Assembly: GCA_902797125.1 (NCBI GenBank)
Contig: CADBRS010000177.1
Location: 1 to 33,880, forward strand
Direction: 5' to 3'
DNA length: 33,880 nucleotides
Origin: an uncultured Ruminococcus sp.
GTDB lineage: Bacteria > Bacillota > Clostridia > Oscillospirales > CAG-272
A program made the translations under genes and the position numbers. Each line of letters opens with the position of its first letter. Within the stretch, counting starts at the first letter, position 1. The notes below the pieces were generated by a model. It searched no databases. It worked only from the letters and a program-made list of their open reading frames with translations, and was not told where the DNA came from. This document shows positions 1-9,694 of the stretch, piece by piece.

Positions 1-485
1 CCGGCCTTCATGCGCATAAAGAGATCCAGATTCTCCTCAACCGTGCGATTTCTGTAAGGGCTCTCTTTTCCGGGCTCCGTCAATGTGCCTCTGTATTCGC
101 GCAGTTCGTCAGCTGTCAGATCATCCACATAGGCCAAGCCGTTTTTGATCAGATGAACAGCGCATTCAAAGCATGCATCAAAATAATCTGAGCCGTAAAA
201 AATGCCGCCGTTCGGAACAGCTCCGAGCCATTTCAGATCATTTTCAATGGATTCAACATATTCCACATCCTCTTTCGAAGGATTTGTGTCATCAAATCGA
301 AGATTGAAGAGCCCACCGTATTTTTTGGCAGTCGTATAGTTGATCATGATGGCTTTCGCAGAACCGATGTGAAGATAACCATTGGGTTCCGGAGGAAATC
401 TCGTATGTATCTTTAAATCTGGGTTTTCGGCCAGATCCGCATCAATGACATCATGAATAAAATTGCCTTTGATCTCTTCAGTCAT
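1..485 (-). CDS. glnS: Glutamine--tRNA ligase (GlnRS); only the N-terminal 161 codons are present, the rest lies beyond the window edge
   Basis: Absent from the ORF track because it runs off the window. Minus-strand translation from ATG 483-485 gives [49 protein letters not shown]...[28 protein letters not shown]...[46 protein letters not shown]. It has the class I HIGH motif and the same motif order as E. coli GlnRS. A GGGAGGAA SD lies upstream. Confidence 0.9.
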   Translation of the reverse strand, partial: MTEEIKGNFIHDVIDADLAENPDLKIHTRFPPEPNGYLHIGSAKAIMINYTTAKKYGGLFNLRFDDTNPSKEDVEYVESIENDLKWLGAVPNGGIFYGSDYFDACFECAVHLIKNGLAYVDDLTADELREYRGTLTEPGKESPYRNRTVEENLDLFMRMKA

Positions 486-1114
486 AATAATTCGTTCCTC
501 CCGGTTAATCCGCAATCCCACAGCGCCGCAGACAAGGTCGAACCTCCTCCGTGGCCTGGATAAATCCTGAGTCTTCCGCTCATCTTTTGAAGCTTCATCA
601 GTGACTGCAACATCTGTTCATCATCACCGCTATAAAGATCTGTTCTTCCGTGCCCCATTGAAAACAGGGTGTCCCCTGTGATCAATCCCGCACTGGTCTC
701 AAAAACACAGCTGCCCTGGGTATGCCCCGGCGTGTGAATGACCCGAACTGTCTCATCACCGACGTTCAGCATGTCCTGATCTGAAAAAGTACCGTCTATT
801 TCTCCGAAGGAAATATCAGACCCCATCAGAAGTGCATACGCATTTTTCATGCCGTCTTGAGGGAAATCGACCTCGCTGACATGGATTTTGGCGATCACTC
901 CGAAAGCTTTTTTGACATCTCTGAGGTGCAAAATGTGATCGAAATGACCGTGTGTCAGCCATATTTCTTTCAAATCCGCTCCCGAATCGAGCAATGCTTC
1001 TCTGACATTCTCCACGGGCTCGCTCGGATCGACTAGCACCGCTTCCTTTCCGGAAACCAGCAAATAGCAATTCGAGGCGAATCCGCCTGCCGGGCGTACA
1101 CTCTTTATGAACAT
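482..1114 (-). CDS. MBL-fold metallo-hydrolase (hydroxyacylglutathione hydrolase-like), 210 aa
   Basis: ORF 482..1204 trimmed to the internal ATG at 1112-1114 ([11 protein letters not shown]...). It contains the THGHFDH zinc motif plus downstream HTPGHT and GD..F motifs typical of the metallo-beta-lactamase fold. Its TGA stop (482-484) overlaps the glnS ATG (483-485). Confidence 0.85.
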   Translation of the reverse strand: MFIKSVRPAGGFASNCYLLVSGKEAVLVDPSEPVENVREALLDSGADLKEIWLTHGHFDHILHLRDVKKAFGVIAKIHVSEVDFPQDGMKNAYALLMGSDISFGEIDGTFSDQDMLNVGDETVRVIHTPGHTQGSCVFETSAGLITGDTLFSMGHGRTDLYSGDDEQMLQSLMKLQKMSGRLRIYPGHGGGSTLSAALWDCGLTGRNELL

Positions 1115-1145
1115 TGCGAGTCTTCCCTTAAAAATAAGATAACCA

Positions 1146-1174
1146 ATTATATCACAACAGCTCTTGCGGTGCAA
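1146..1174 (-). promoter_or_regulatory. Sigma-A-type promoter for the MBL-hydrolase/glnS pair: TTGCAC - 17 nt - TGATATAAT (extended -10)
   Basis: On the minus strand the -35 TTGCAC is at 1169-1174 and the -10 TATAAT at 1146-1151, with a TG one base upstream of the -10. It sits just downstream of the rplQ terminator and about 30 nt upstream of the ATG at 1114. Confidence 0.5.
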
Positions 1175-1225
1175 TAATTGATTTTCTGAAAACTGACCGC
1201 ACAAAGTCGGTCGAATAATAAATAT

Positions 1226-1264
1226 GGAAAAGTGCTGAAATCAAATGGAAATCAGCACTTTTCT
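1226..1264 (-). terminator. Rho-independent terminator ending the ribosomal superoperon after rplQ
   Basis: 8-bp stem AGTGCTGA (1231-1238) / TCAGCACT (1252-1259) with a 13-nt loop. T-rich sequence flanks it on both strands, and it lies 24 nt downstream of the rplQ stop. Confidence 0.7.
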
Positions 1265-1287
1265 AGACTTAGAAATCTCTTCAGGGA

Positions 1288-1668
1288 TTACTTCGACTCC
1301 ACCAAAGTGATCACTGCCATTTCGGCTGCATCACCACGGCGCGGGCCGATCTTGAAAATCTGCGTATAGCCGCCATTGCGTTCCAAATACTTCGGAGCAA
1401 TTTCAGCAACGACCTTTTCAACTACATCCTGTTTTGTGATATAAGCATACAGTTTCTTGCGTTCATTGTAAGCATTCACCTTGTCGCCGTCTTCTCTGTA
1501 TGTATAGGATTTCTTTGCAGTTGTAATGATTTGTTCGGCAATAGACTGAACTTCCTTTGCTCTTGTAACGGTTGTTTCAATCTTGCCGTTGTCCAAAAGC
1601 AGGGTTACCATTCCGCGCAACATGGCGTTTCTATGAGCGGTAACTCTACCAAGCTTTCTCGTGGACAT
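1288..1668 (-). CDS. rplQ: 50S ribosomal protein L17
   Basis: The 126-aa translation ([20 protein letters not shown]...) is L17-like. It is the last gene of the alpha operon, after rpoA, and an AGGAGGG SD precedes the ATG. Confidence 0.97.
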   Translation of the reverse strand: MSTRKLGRVTAHRNAMLRGMVTLLLDNGKIETTVTRAKEVQSIAEQIITTAKKSYTYREDGDKVNAYNERKKLYAYITKQDVVEKVVAEIAPKYLERNGGYTQIFKIGPRRGDAAEMAVITLVESK

Positions 1669-1695
1669 AACTATTCCCTCCTACTTTCGCTCCGA

Positions 1696-2784
1696 TCAGT
1701 CTTCTTCTCTCAAAGACAGATCCAAAGCTTTCAGTTTCTGAATCACTTCTTCCAAGGATTTCTTGCCGAGATTACGGACTTTAATCATTTCGCTTTCTGT
1801 CCGGCTCACTAGTTGCTCGACTGTATCTATCCCGGCATGCTTCAACGAATGATAGCTGCGTACGGATAGGTCAAGGTCCTCAATAGTCATTTCAAGAACT
1901 TTTTCCTTCTTTTCTTCAACACCAACACTCAGGGTGTTTTCAGGGAGTTCTTCTTCAGATAATTCTTCAAACAATTTGAGATGATCGTTGAGAATCTTGG
2001 CACTGTAAGAAATCGCTTGTCTTGCAGTAATTGTATTGTTTGTTGTGACGTCAATGGTCAGCTTGTCGAAATCGATATCACTACCCACACGGGCGTTTTC
2101 GATTGTGTAACTGACGGCATTGATCGGTGTGTAGATGGAATCGGTATAAATGATGCCGATAGGAGAAGTAACAGGGGTGGCTGCGGCTGCATTTTCTGCT
2201 GCATCCTTTTCTTTGCTTCCCTCTTTTCCTTCTTTTCCGTCTTTAGCCTCTTTGGCTTCTTTGGCTTGATTAGCAATCAAGAGCTGATGGATCTGTTTGT
2301 TGCGATCCTGAGATACATAGCCGCGACCGCTTTCAAAGGAGAGTTCCATATAGAATCTCGCATTGTCTCCGACTGTTGCAATATGCAAATCCGGATTCTT
2401 GATTTCAAGATCCGAGTCGGCTCTGATATCGCCGGCAGTCACTTCGCAGGGACCCGTCACGTCGATATATGCAGTCTTGGGTTCGGTTGTATGCAGTTTC
2501 GCAATAATGCTCTTCACATTCAGCACGATCTCGGTCACATCTTCAGTGACACCAGGAATAACTGAGAATTCATGAAGAACGCCATCGATTTTGATGCTTG
2601 TAACAGCATAACCCGGCAGAGAACTTAAAAGCACACGGCGAAGGGAGTTGCCCAGCGTGATACCATAACCTCTTTCCAGCGGTTCAACCACGAAACGACC
2701 ATGGCTGCCATCTGCATTGGGATCTTCTTTGCCTTCGTCATTTAAGACCATTGCCCGAATGATTGGCTTTGCAATCTCTATCAT
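1696..2784 (-). CDS. rpoA: DNA-directed RNA polymerase subunit alpha, 362 aa, with an internal Lys/Glu/Ala-rich insertion
   Basis: ORF 1696..2817 trimmed to ATG 2782-2784 (MIEIAKPII...), which has an AGGAGG SD 9 nt upstream. Conserved motifs are [43 protein letters not shown] and the C-terminal domain [22 protein letters not shown]. Confidence 0.95.
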   Translation of the reverse strand: MIEIAKPIIRAMVLNDEGKEDPNADGSHGRFVVEPLERGYGITLGNSLRRVLLSSLPGYAVTSIKIDGVLHEFSVIPGVTEDVTEIVLNVKSIIAKLHTTEPKTAYIDVTGPCEVTAGDIRADSDLEIKNPDLHIATVGDNARFYMELSFESGRGYVSQDRNKQIHQLLIANQAKEAKEAKDGKEGKEGSKEKDAAENAAAATPVTSPIGIIYTDSIYTPINAVSYTIENARVGSDIDFDKLTIDVTTNNTITARQAISYSAKILNDHLKLFEELSEEELPENTLSVGVEEKKEKVLEMTIEDLDLSVRSYHSLKHAGIDTVEQLVSRTESEMIKVRNLGKKSLEEVIQKLKALDLSLREED

Positions 2785-2880
2785 TTTTCTTTTCCTCCTG
2801 GTTGTATTCTTTGTCATTTGACGACTCTCTTGGAGAGTTGGTCCATAGCTTCCGTTTTTTCAAGCTATGATCTGGTCAGA

Positions 2881-3471
2881 TTACTTGGAATACAACTCAA
2901 CAATCAGTGTTTCATTGACGGGGACGTCAATTTCTTCACGTGTCGGTAAAGCTGTTACTGTACCTTTCAGATTCTCTCTGTCGCTGTTCATCCAAGCGGG
3001 AGCCAATCTGCCTTCAGTATCTTCGATGATACCCTTGATGCGGGCGGAACTCTTATACTTCTCGCTGATCGCAATGACGTCACCGGCATTGATGCGCATG
3101 GAAGGAATGGTGGCGGATTTGCCGTTGACAGTCACAAAGTGGTGGTTGATCAACTGCTTTGCTTCTCTTCTTGTCCGTGCAAAAGTCATTCTGAACAAAA
3201 CGTTATCAAGTCTTGTTTCAAGAAGAATCATCAGGTTTTCACCGGCCTGACCCTTCATCTTTTCAGCCTTGACATAGTAGTTGTGGAACGGTGTTTCCAT
3301 CACATCATAGATGAACTTTGCCTTCTGCTTTTCTTTCAGCTGAAGACCGTACTCACTGACCTTTTTGTTGCTGCGTTTGACTTCACGATGAGACTCTTTG
3401 TTGATACCAACAACAGCGGGACTGATTCCAAGCGCTTTGCATCTTTTGAGAATAGGTGTCTTTGTAGCCAT
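2881..3471 (-). CDS. rpsD: 30S ribosomal protein S4
   Basis: The 196-aa translation is S4-like (ATKTPILKRCKALGISP...; S4 RNA-binding domain RLDNVLFRMTFARTRREAKQLINHHFVTVNG). It sits in the canonical rpsM-rpsK-rpsD-rpoA position with a GAGGAGG SD. Confidence 0.97.
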   Translation of the reverse strand: MATKTPILKRCKALGISPAVVGINKESHREVKRSNKKVSEYGLQLKEKQKAKFIYDVMETPFHNYYVKAEKMKGQAGENLMILLETRLDNVLFRMTFARTRREAKQLINHHFVTVNGKSATIPSMRINAGDVIAISEKYKSSARIKGIIEDTEGRLAPAWMNSDRENLKGTVTALPTREEIDVPVNETLIVELYSK

Positions 3472-3492
3472 TCTAACTTACCTCCTCTGAGA

Positions 3493-3885
3493 TTATACGC
3501 GTCTGCGCTTAGGCGGGCGGCATCCATTGTGCGGGATCGGAGTCACGTCACGGATCAATGTGACTTTCATGCCGACTGTTTCAAGTGCGCGAATAGCAGA
3601 TTCACGTCCCTGACCCGGACCTTTTACGAAAACCTCAACTTCTTTGAGGCCGTAATCCAATGCAGCTTTCAAAGCAGCTTCAGAAGCAGCTTGTGCAGCA
3701 AACGGCGTGGACTTTCTGGAACCTCTGAAACCGAGCTCTCCGGCAGATGCCCAGGATAATGCGTTACCATTGGCATCGGTAACGGTTACAATCGTATTGT
3801 TGAAGGAAGCATCAATGTGAACTTGACCCTTCTCGACAACTTTACGGTCGCGGCGTCTTTTAACAACTTTTTTAGTTTGAGCCAT
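3493..3885 (-). CDS. rpsK: 30S ribosomal protein S11
   Basis: The 130-aa translation contains [30 protein letters not shown]...[13 protein letters not shown], typical of S11. Gene order agrees. Confidence 0.97.
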   Translation of the reverse strand: MAQTKKVVKRRRDRKVVEKGQVHIDASFNNTIVTVTDANGNALSWASAGELGFRGSRKSTPFAAQAASEAALKAALDYGLKEVEVFVKGPGQGRESAIRALETVGMKVTLIRDVTPIPHNGCRPPKRRRV

Positions 3886-3898
3886 TTCAAGTCACTCC

Positions 3899-4267
3899 TT
3901 ACTTCTTCTTGTTTGCGATTGTCTTTGCAGGACCTTTTCTGGTTCTTGCATTTGTTTTTGTACGTTGGCCTCTTACAGGCAAACTCTTTCTGTGTCTGAT
4001 TCCGCGATAGCAGTTGATATCTACCATTCTCTTGATATCCATAGACACATTTCTGCGCAGATCGCCTTCCACGGTGTAGTTGTTTTCGATTTCGTCACGA
4101 ATCTTGGCAACTTCGTCTTCGGTCAGATCTTTGGCACGGGTATCAGGGTTGACACCGGCTTTGGCCAAAATATCATTTGCGCTCTTGCGTCCGATACCGA
4201 AAATGTAGGTCAGAGCAATTTCAACGCGTTTGTTGTTAGGAATATCAACACCAGCAATACGAGCCAT
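3899..4267 (-). CDS. rpsM: 30S ribosomal protein S13
   Basis: The 122-aa translation [30 protein letters not shown]... is typical of S13. Gene order agrees. Confidence 0.97.
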   Translation of the reverse strand: MARIAGVDIPNNKRVEIALTYIFGIGRKSANDILAKAGVNPDTRAKDLTEDEVAKIRDEIENNYTVEGDLRRNVSMDIKRMVDINCYRGIRHRKSLPVRGQRTKTNARTRKGPAKTIANKKK

Positions 4268-4309
4268 TCTTGTATTTCACCTCTCGTTTCTTTCTGCGAT
4301 AAGGACTTA

Positions 4310-4423
4310 TCAGCCCTGTCTCTGCTTGTGCTTGGGATTCTCACAGATAACCATAACAATCCCTTTTCTTCTTATGATTTTGCACTTGTTGCAAATCTTT
4401 TTTACGGACGGTTTCACTTTCAT
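4310..4423 (-). CDS. rpmJ: 50S ribosomal protein L36 (zinc-binding C+ form), 37 aa
   Basis: Too short for the ORF track, so translated by hand from the minus strand: [37 protein letters not shown], then stop. It carries the CxxC...C....H zinc motif and lies in the canonical slot between infA and rpsM. Confidence 0.93.
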   Translation of the reverse strand: MKVKPSVKKICNKCKIIRRKGIVMVICENPKHKQRQG

Positions 4424-4473
4424 ATATGATACCATACCTTTCGATTATTTTTTGTGGTTCTCTGCACCGGCAA

Positions 4474-4701
4474 TTATTTGGTGCGCCACGTGATACGACC
4501 TTTGGTGAGATCGTAGACAGACACCTCAACTGTCACTTTATCTCCGGGCAAGATCCAAATGTAGTTCTTGCGAAGTTTGCCGGAAATATGTGCGGTGATG
4601 ATATGTCCATTTGACAGTTTTACCTTGAAGGTTGCATTGGGCAAAGCCTCAAGTACGGATCCCTCAAATTCAATTACATCATCTTTAGGCAGAATAATCA
4701 C
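4474..4701 (-). CDS. infA: Translation initiation factor IF-1
   Basis: The translation ...[69 protein letters not shown] is a typical IF-1 S1-like domain. The 5' end is uncertain: codon 4699-4701 is GTG and has no well-spaced SD. Confidence 0.88.
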   Translation of the reverse strand: MIILPKDDVIEFEGSVLEALPNATFKVKLSNGHIITAHISGKLRKNYIWILPGDKVTVEVSVYDLTKGRITWRTK

Positions 4702-4712
4702 CCCTATCTAGA

Positions 4713-5474
4713 TCAGAAGTCTTCTTCGATCAGTGTCAGATTGACGACACCGTTGGAAGTCAGTGCAATCGTGTTTTCGTAATGAGCTGAAAGTTTATGA
4801 TCTCTGGTCTTAACGGTCCAGCCGTTAGCCAATTCGTACACTTCGAAAGTGCCGACATTGATCATTGGTTCAATCGCGATAACCATTCCCGCGGTCAGCC
4901 TCGGGCCTCTTCCCGGTGTCCCGAAATTCGGTACATCCGGAGCCTCATGCAGGTTTGCACCCACACCGTGGCCCACATATTTTTTAACTGTGCTGAATCC
5001 GGCGGAGCGGGCCACAGCATCCACTGCAGCGCCGATATCGCCGATCCGGTTACCTTCTTTGACCTGTGCGAGTCCGGCGAAGAAACTGTCTCGAGTGACT
5101 TGAATCAAACGGGTCGCTTCATCGCTGACCTTGCCCACCGCAATCGTTCTGGCACTGTCTCCGTGGAAACCCTTGTAGTAGGCTCCGACATCGACTTTGA
5201 CAATATCGCCTTCCTTGATCACATGATTTTTATCCGGGATCCCGTGAATGACCTCATCGTTGATACTGATGCAGGCACTTGCCGGGAAACCGCCATATCC
5301 CAAAAACGAAGGTTTGGCTCCGCATTTGACGATATAATCATGGACGACTTTGTCCAGCTCATAAGTTGTAATTCCGGGACGCAGGAAGTCCCGGGCGGCC
5401 AATAAGGCCTCGCCCGTGATCCTTCCGGCATCCTTCATCGCTTCAATTTGCAAGGAATTTTTCAGCTCAATCAT
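4713..5474 (-). CDS. map: Type I methionine aminopeptidase, 253 aa
   Basis: ORF 4713..5486 begins at a TTG that overlaps adk, so it is trimmed to ATG 5472-5474 (MIELKNSLQIEAMKDAG...). Metal-ligand motifs of the family are present (DIVKVDVGAYYKGFHGDSARTI, GHGVG, AIEPM). Confidence 0.93.
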   Translation of the reverse strand: MIELKNSLQIEAMKDAGRITGEALLAARDFLRPGITTYELDKVVHDYIVKCGAKPSFLGYGGFPASACISINDEVIHGIPDKNHVIKEGDIVKVDVGAYYKGFHGDSARTIAVGKVSDEATRLIQVTRDSFFAGLAQVKEGNRIGDIGAAVDAVARSAGFSTVKKYVGHGVGANLHEAPDVPNFGTPGRGPRLTAGMVIAIEPMINVGTFEVYELANGWTVKTRDHKLSAHYENTIALTSNGVVNLTLIEEDF

Positions 5475-5475
5475 C

Positions 5476-6114
5476 TTAAGCCTCAAAACGTTCGATTGCT
5501 TTAAAGACTAACTTGGTCGTATCGGAGACTTCATCCTGACCTTCGATACGGATTAACAAACCTTCGGATGCATAATAACCGACCAACGGCTCTGTTTGAT
5601 CGTGATAGGTTTTCAGACGTGCCTGAACGGTTTCAGGAGCATCATCCGAACGGATCACGAGCTTTGCGCCGCATTTGTCACAGACGTCTGCGACTTTAGG
5701 CGGGTTATAATCCACATGGTAGGAAGCGCCGCAGGCGCAGACGCGTCTGCCGGCCATCCTTTTGACGATTTTCTCATCCGGGACTTCAATGCTGACCACT
5801 GCATCGATTTTCACGCCCATGGCCTTCAAGGCTTCAGCCTGATGAATGGAACGCGGGAAACCGTCAAGGATAAAACCTTTCTTGCAATCCGGTTCTCCCA
5901 ATCTTTCTTTGATCAGATCGATGACCAGCGCATCCGGGACCAGCTGGCCGGCTTCCACAAAAGCCTTGGCCTGCTTGCCCAACTGCGTGCCGTTTTTCAT
6001 TGCGGCTCTGAGAATATCACCTGTTGAAATAGCGGGTATTCCAAACTTTTCTGAAATCTTGGCGGACTGAGTGCCTTTTCCTGCACCAGGTGCGCCCAGC
6101 AAAATCAAATTCAT
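5476..6114 (-). CDS. adk: Adenylate kinase with a Cys4 zinc lid, 212 aa
   Basis: Trimmed to ATG 6112-6114 ([17 protein letters not shown]-loop), which has a GGAGGG SD. The lid has C..C....C..C ([11 protein letters not shown]...DVCDKCG). Confidence 0.95.
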   Translation of the reverse strand: MNLILLGAPGAGKGTQSAKISEKFGIPAISTGDILRAAMKNGTQLGKQAKAFVEAGQLVPDALVIDLIKERLGEPDCKKGFILDGFPRSIHQAEALKAMGVKIDAVVSIEVPDEKIVKRMAGRRVCACGASYHVDYNPPKVADVCDKCGAKLVIRSDDAPETVQARLKTYHDQTEPLVGYYASEGLLIRIEGQDEVSDTTKLVFKAIERFEA

Positions 6115-6135
6115 GCGACCCTCCGACAATCCTGA

Positions 6136-7452
6136 TCAATCAAGGAAGCCCTTGTAGTTACGCATCGTGATCTGGGATTCCAGTTCACGGGCAGTTTCAA
6201 GTGCGACACCGACAACGATCAGCAGTGAAGAACCACCGAACGCGATACCTGAGAATTGACCGCCGCTGATTGCGTTGATGATCAATGGCAAACCGGCAAC
6301 GATAGCCAGGAATATAGCACCGATCAACGTGATCCTGTTCAACACCTTCGTGATATAGTCGGATGTAGGTTTACCGGGTCTGATACCGGGAACGGCACCG
6401 CCGTTCTCTTTGATATTGTTTGCCACTTCCACAGGATTGAACGAAATCAAGATGTAGAAGTAAGAGAAAGCAATGATCAAAGCGATATCGATCACGATGT
6501 AAATCCATGTGTCTGTATCGAACCATGTATCAACAAACTTTGAGAACCAGTTGTCGCTGGGCAAAAAGCTTGCGATCGTCGCAGGAACAGCAACCAAGGA
6601 GTTGGCAAAGATGATCGGCATAACGCCGGCCATATTCAACTTCAAAGGCAGATAACTCGACTGCCCGCCGTACATCTTCCGGCCTACAGTACGCTTTGCA
6701 TACTGAACCGGGATGCGGCGTTCGGAGTTGGTGATCCAAACGATCAAAATGGTCATACCGAGTGTGATCAGAACAGAAACAACTCCAAGCAGAATGCCGA
6801 CTGCCAAATGATACTTGTTGCTCGTGATCATAGACCACAGACCGCTGATCAAAGCCGGACCTCTGGAAACGATACCTGCGAACAGGATGATCGAAATACC
6901 GTTGCCGATGCCCTTTTCATTGATCTTTTCGGCCAGCCACATGATAATGGCAGCACCAGCACAATAGCAAGCGATCATGATGATGATCGGCCATGCGCCT
7001 GTGTTGTAGCCGTCAACCAGCAGTTTGCTGGTATCCGTACTGTTGTTTTTCAGCATCATCGCATATCCGAATGCGGTGATGATGGCAAGGACGACTGTCA
7101 AAGCACGCGTCATTGCTGTGATCTTCTGACGTCCGCCCTCTTCTTTGGACAATCTCTCCAGTTTCGGAATTGCTACACAAAGCAACTGCAAAACGATCGA
7201 TGCCGTGATGTAAGGCGACACGGAAAGAGCGAATAAAGTACCATAACTCAGTGCGCTACCGGACAAGATATTGAAATAACTCAAAATCGAGCTTCCGGAA
7301 GTAGCCGAGAACCAAGCGTTGATGGCTTCGCCGTTAACGAAGGGTACGGGGATGTTGGAGCCGAGACGATACAGGATAATGATGATCAAGGTAAACAGGA
7401 TCTTCTTCCTTAATTCCGGGATCTTCCAGGCTGTTTTAAATGTTTGAAACAT
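6136..7452 (-). CDS. secY: Preprotein translocase subunit SecY
   Basis: A 438-aa multi-pass membrane protein in the canonical slot between rplO and adk. N-terminal ELRKKILFTLIIIILYRLGSNIPVPF and C-terminal GVALETARELESQ are typical of SecY. Confidence 0.96.
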   Translation of the reverse strand: MFQTFKTAWKIPELRKKILFTLIIIILYRLGSNIPVPFVNGEAINAWFSATSGSSILSYFNILSGSALSYGTLFALSVSPYITASIVLQLLCVAIPKLERLSKEEGGRQKITAMTRALTVVLAIITAFGYAMMLKNNSTDTSKLLVDGYNTGAWPIIIMIACYCAGAAIIMWLAEKINEKGIGNGISIILFAGIVSRGPALISGLWSMITSNKYHLAVGILLGVVSVLITLGMTILIVWITNSERRIPVQYAKRTVGRKMYGGQSSYLPLKLNMAGVMPIIFANSLVAVPATIASFLPSDNWFSKFVDTWFDTDTWIYIVIDIALIIAFSYFYILISFNPVEVANNIKENGGAVPGIRPGKPTSDYITKVLNRITLIGAIFLAIVAGLPLIINAISGGQFSGIAFGGSSLLIVVGVALETARELESQITMRNYKGFLD

Positions 7453-7454
7453 CC

Positions 7455-7901
7455 TTAGACCTCCTCTACCGTTCCGCCAGCCTTTTCAATCTTCTCCTTA
7501 GCCGCAGCAGAAAACTTTTCAGCTCTCACAGTCAGGGCTACCGTCAGTTCGCCGTTGCCCAGAATTTTGATACCGTCAAGTTGTTTCTTAACGATGCCTT
7601 TTTCCTTCAGAGCTTCCAAGTCAACTACGGACCCATTTTCAAAAACTGAAAGTGATCCAACATTTACAGTTGCATAAGTGGTCGCAAATTTGTTGTGGAA
7701 GCCTCTCTTCGGCAGTTTGCGGTAAAGCGGAAGCTGACCGCCTTCGAAACCGGGTCTGACACCGCCGCCGGAGCGAGCGTTCTGACCTTTGTGGCCTTTG
7801 CCTGCCGTTTTTCCGTTGCCGGAACCGGGGCCTCTGCCTTTACGCCATGCTTTCTGAGCAGAACCTTCAGCAGGAGTCAAATCATTCAAAAGTAATGACA
7901 T
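7455..7901 (-). CDS. rplO: 50S ribosomal protein L15, 148 aa
   Basis: Trimmed to ATG 7899-7901 ([14 protein letters not shown]...), which has an AGGAGG SD. The Gly/Arg/Lys-rich N-terminal region is typical of L15. Confidence 0.95.
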   Translation of the reverse strand: MSLLLNDLTPAEGSAQKAWRKGRGPGSGNGKTAGKGHKGQNARSGGGVRPGFEGGQLPLYRKLPKRGFHNKFATTYATVNVGSLSVFENGSVVDLEALKEKGIVKKQLDGIKILGNGELTVALTVRAEKFSAAAKEKIEKAGGTVEEV

Positions 7902-7914
7902 TTCAGGCACCTCC

Positions 7915-8100
7915 TTATGCATTTTCTTCAACCGTCTCAACCTTGACCAGGTGAGCCAGTACGCGAATCTTGCCGGCGATATCCGGTGTATTGTTCAAAA
8001 CAACGGAATGGCCGATGCGAGCAAGTCCGAGGGCTTTGGCGGTAGCGACCGTTTTCGGCTTGGCGCCAATCAAACTCTTGACGAGTGTAATCTTTACCAT
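7915..8100 (-). CDS. rpmD: 50S ribosomal protein L30
   Basis: The 61-aa translation [26 protein letters not shown]... is L30-like. Gene order agrees and an AAGGAGG SD is present. Confidence 0.95.
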   Translation of the reverse strand: MVKITLVKSLIGAKPKTVATAKALGLARIGHSVVLNNTPDIAGKIRVLAHLVKVETVEENA

Positions 8101-8111
8101 AACGCGCCTCC

Positions 8112-8615
8112 TTAACCTTTGACCTGCTCAACGGAAATACCGCGGATAGCGGCAACTTCCTCAACGTTGCGCAGTTCTTTCAAACCTTCAATCGTGGCTT
8201 TCACCACGTTTGTCGGGTTGGTAGAACGCAAGCATTTAGCACGGATATTGGAAATACCGGCCAAATCCAGAATCATTCTGACCTTGTTCCCTGCGATAAC
8301 ACCGGTACCTTCTGCAGCCGGCTTCAGCATAACGCGGCCTGCGCCGTATTCGCCGATGACTTCGTGCGGAATGGTGGTGCCCTTCAGGGACACGGTGATC
8401 ATATTTTTCTTCGCGTCTTCGATTCCTTTGCGGATCGCTTCGGGAACCTCGGCAGCCTTGCCCAGGCCTACACCGACATGACCGTTTTTATCACCTACGA
8501 CCATGATCGCTGCGAAACGAGCCACACGGCCACCTTTGACGGTCTTGGAAACACGATTCAGCGCAACGAGTTGCTCTTCAAGTTCAACTCCAGTTGAGTC
8601 AAATTTTTTAGACAT
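8112..8615 (-). CDS. rpsE: 30S ribosomal protein S5, 167 aa
   Basis: Trimmed to ATG 8613-8615 ([14 protein letters not shown]...), which has a GGAGGA SD. Conserved motifs are [22 protein letters not shown] and GTGVIAG. Confidence 0.95.
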   Translation of the reverse strand: MSKKFDSTGVELEEQLVALNRVSKTVKGGRVARFAAIMVVGDKNGHVGVGLGKAAEVPEAIRKGIEDAKKNMITVSLKGTTIPHEVIGEYGAGRVMLKPAAEGTGVIAGNKVRMILDLAGISNIRAKCLRSTNPTNVVKATIEGLKELRNVEEVAAIRGISVEQVKG

Positions 8616-8688
8616 GTGTTTTCCTCCAATATTTTTGTCCAATTAACAAATTGAACAGTGTACAAACCGGACTGACTGCAAAATGCAA

Positions 8689-9048
8689 TCAGAACTTCAG
8701 CCCACCCTCACGGGCAGCTGCAGCCAACTCCGATACACGGCCGTGAAAGAGATAGCCGCCACGGTCGAAAACGACCTCGGTGATACCTGCTTCAAGTGCC
8801 TTTTCGGCAATTTTTTTGCCAACGAATTTTGCTGCTTCTTTGTTTCCGCCGTTTCCGTCAAAGCCGGATCCGTATGTGGAAGCCGAAACAAGAGTAACAC
8901 CTTTTTCGTCATCAATGATCTGAGCAGAGATGTTCGCATTGGAGCGGTAAACCGCCAGGCGAGGACGGGCAGAAGTACCCGAAATCTTTGCTCTGACTCT
9001 CTTATGTCTCTTCAGACGAGCTTGATTACTGTCTTTTCTAGAAACCAT
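8689..9048 (-). CDS. rplR: 50S ribosomal protein L18
   Basis: The 119-aa translation, with [27 protein letters not shown]...[12 protein letters not shown], is typical of L18. Confidence 0.96.
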   Translation of the reverse strand: MVSRKDSNQARLKRHKRVRAKISGTSARPRLAVYRSNANISAQIIDDEKGVTLVSASTYGSGFDGNGGNKEAAKFVGKKIAEKALEAGITEVVFDRGGYLFHGRVSELAAAAREGGLKF

Positions 9049-9068
9049 ATCTGTTCCACTCCTTTCAA

Positions 9069-9680
9069 TTACTTACCGGTCTTGCCGGCCTTGCGGCGAA
9101 TCCGCTCACCCTGATACTGAATACCTTTACCATGGTAAGGTTCAGGCGGCCTCTTGCTGCGGATCACAGCAGCAACCTGCCCTACGGCCTGTTTGTCAGC
9201 GCCTTTGACGACGATCGTCGGATCGGCAGCCTGCTCAAGCACTTCCAGCTTAATGCCTTCCGGAGCTTTGATGCAGTATTTTTCCTGCGGAACCATCTCA
9301 TCGCCCTTACCTTTGACAAGGGAGTATCCGACATAAAGCATCACAACGTCTCCGCGTTTGACGGCCTTATAACCGACACCTTTGATGATCAAGGTTTTCT
9401 GGAAACCTTCGGAAACACCGACAACCATGTTGTGCAGGAGTGCACGGGAAAGACCATGCAGTCTCTTTGCTTCCGGGTCTTCAGTTTCTTTGCCTTCTGC
9501 GTCCAAAGGACGTTCCAGCTTGATTTGTTTTGCGTCTGCATCATAATTGATCGAGATACGCTGATCAAATGTACGAGTCAGAGTGCCGACGCTACCGGAA
9601 ACCGTCACGACGTTGCCGTCTGCGATCTCAACTTTAACGCCTGCAGGGACTGCAATAGGAGCTCTACCAATTCTTGACAT
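9069..9680 (-). CDS. rplF: 50S ribosomal protein L6 (203 aa, longer than the usual roughly 180 aa)
   Basis: [19 protein letters not shown]... and ...[26 protein letters not shown] are typical of L6. An AGGAGG SD is present. Confidence 0.95.
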   Translation of the reverse strand: MSRIGRAPIAVPAGVKVEIADGNVVTVSGSVGTLTRTFDQRISINYDADAKQIKLERPLDAEGKETEDPEAKRLHGLSRALLHNMVVGVSEGFQKTLIIKGVGYKAVKRGDVVMLYVGYSLVKGKGDEMVPQEKYCIKAPEGIKLEVLEQAADPTIVVKGADKQAVGQVAAVIRSKRPPEPYHGKGIQYQGERIRRKAGKTGK

Positions 9681-9694
9681 GCTTCAACCTCCTA

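Noticed and set aside
2161-2295. Short tandem DNA repeats (ctttggcttctttggctt and neighbouring ctt/ttc-rich sequence), considered as a possible repeat element.
   Set aside because: They lie in frame inside rpoA and encode the KEAKEAK/GKEGKEG low-complexity insertion. They do not form an independent repeat locus or a CRISPR-like array.
1696-2817. N-terminal extensions of many ORF-track entries: rpoA, adk, map, rplO, rpsE, rpsN, rplE, rplC, rpsJ, hisS, the lipoprotein, the MBL hydrolase and the phosphoesterase.
   Set aside because: The extended starts are mostly alternative codons (TTG/GTG) with no SD, and they often overlap the upstream gene. In each case an internal ATG preceded by a GGAGG-type SD reproduces the conserved family N-terminus.
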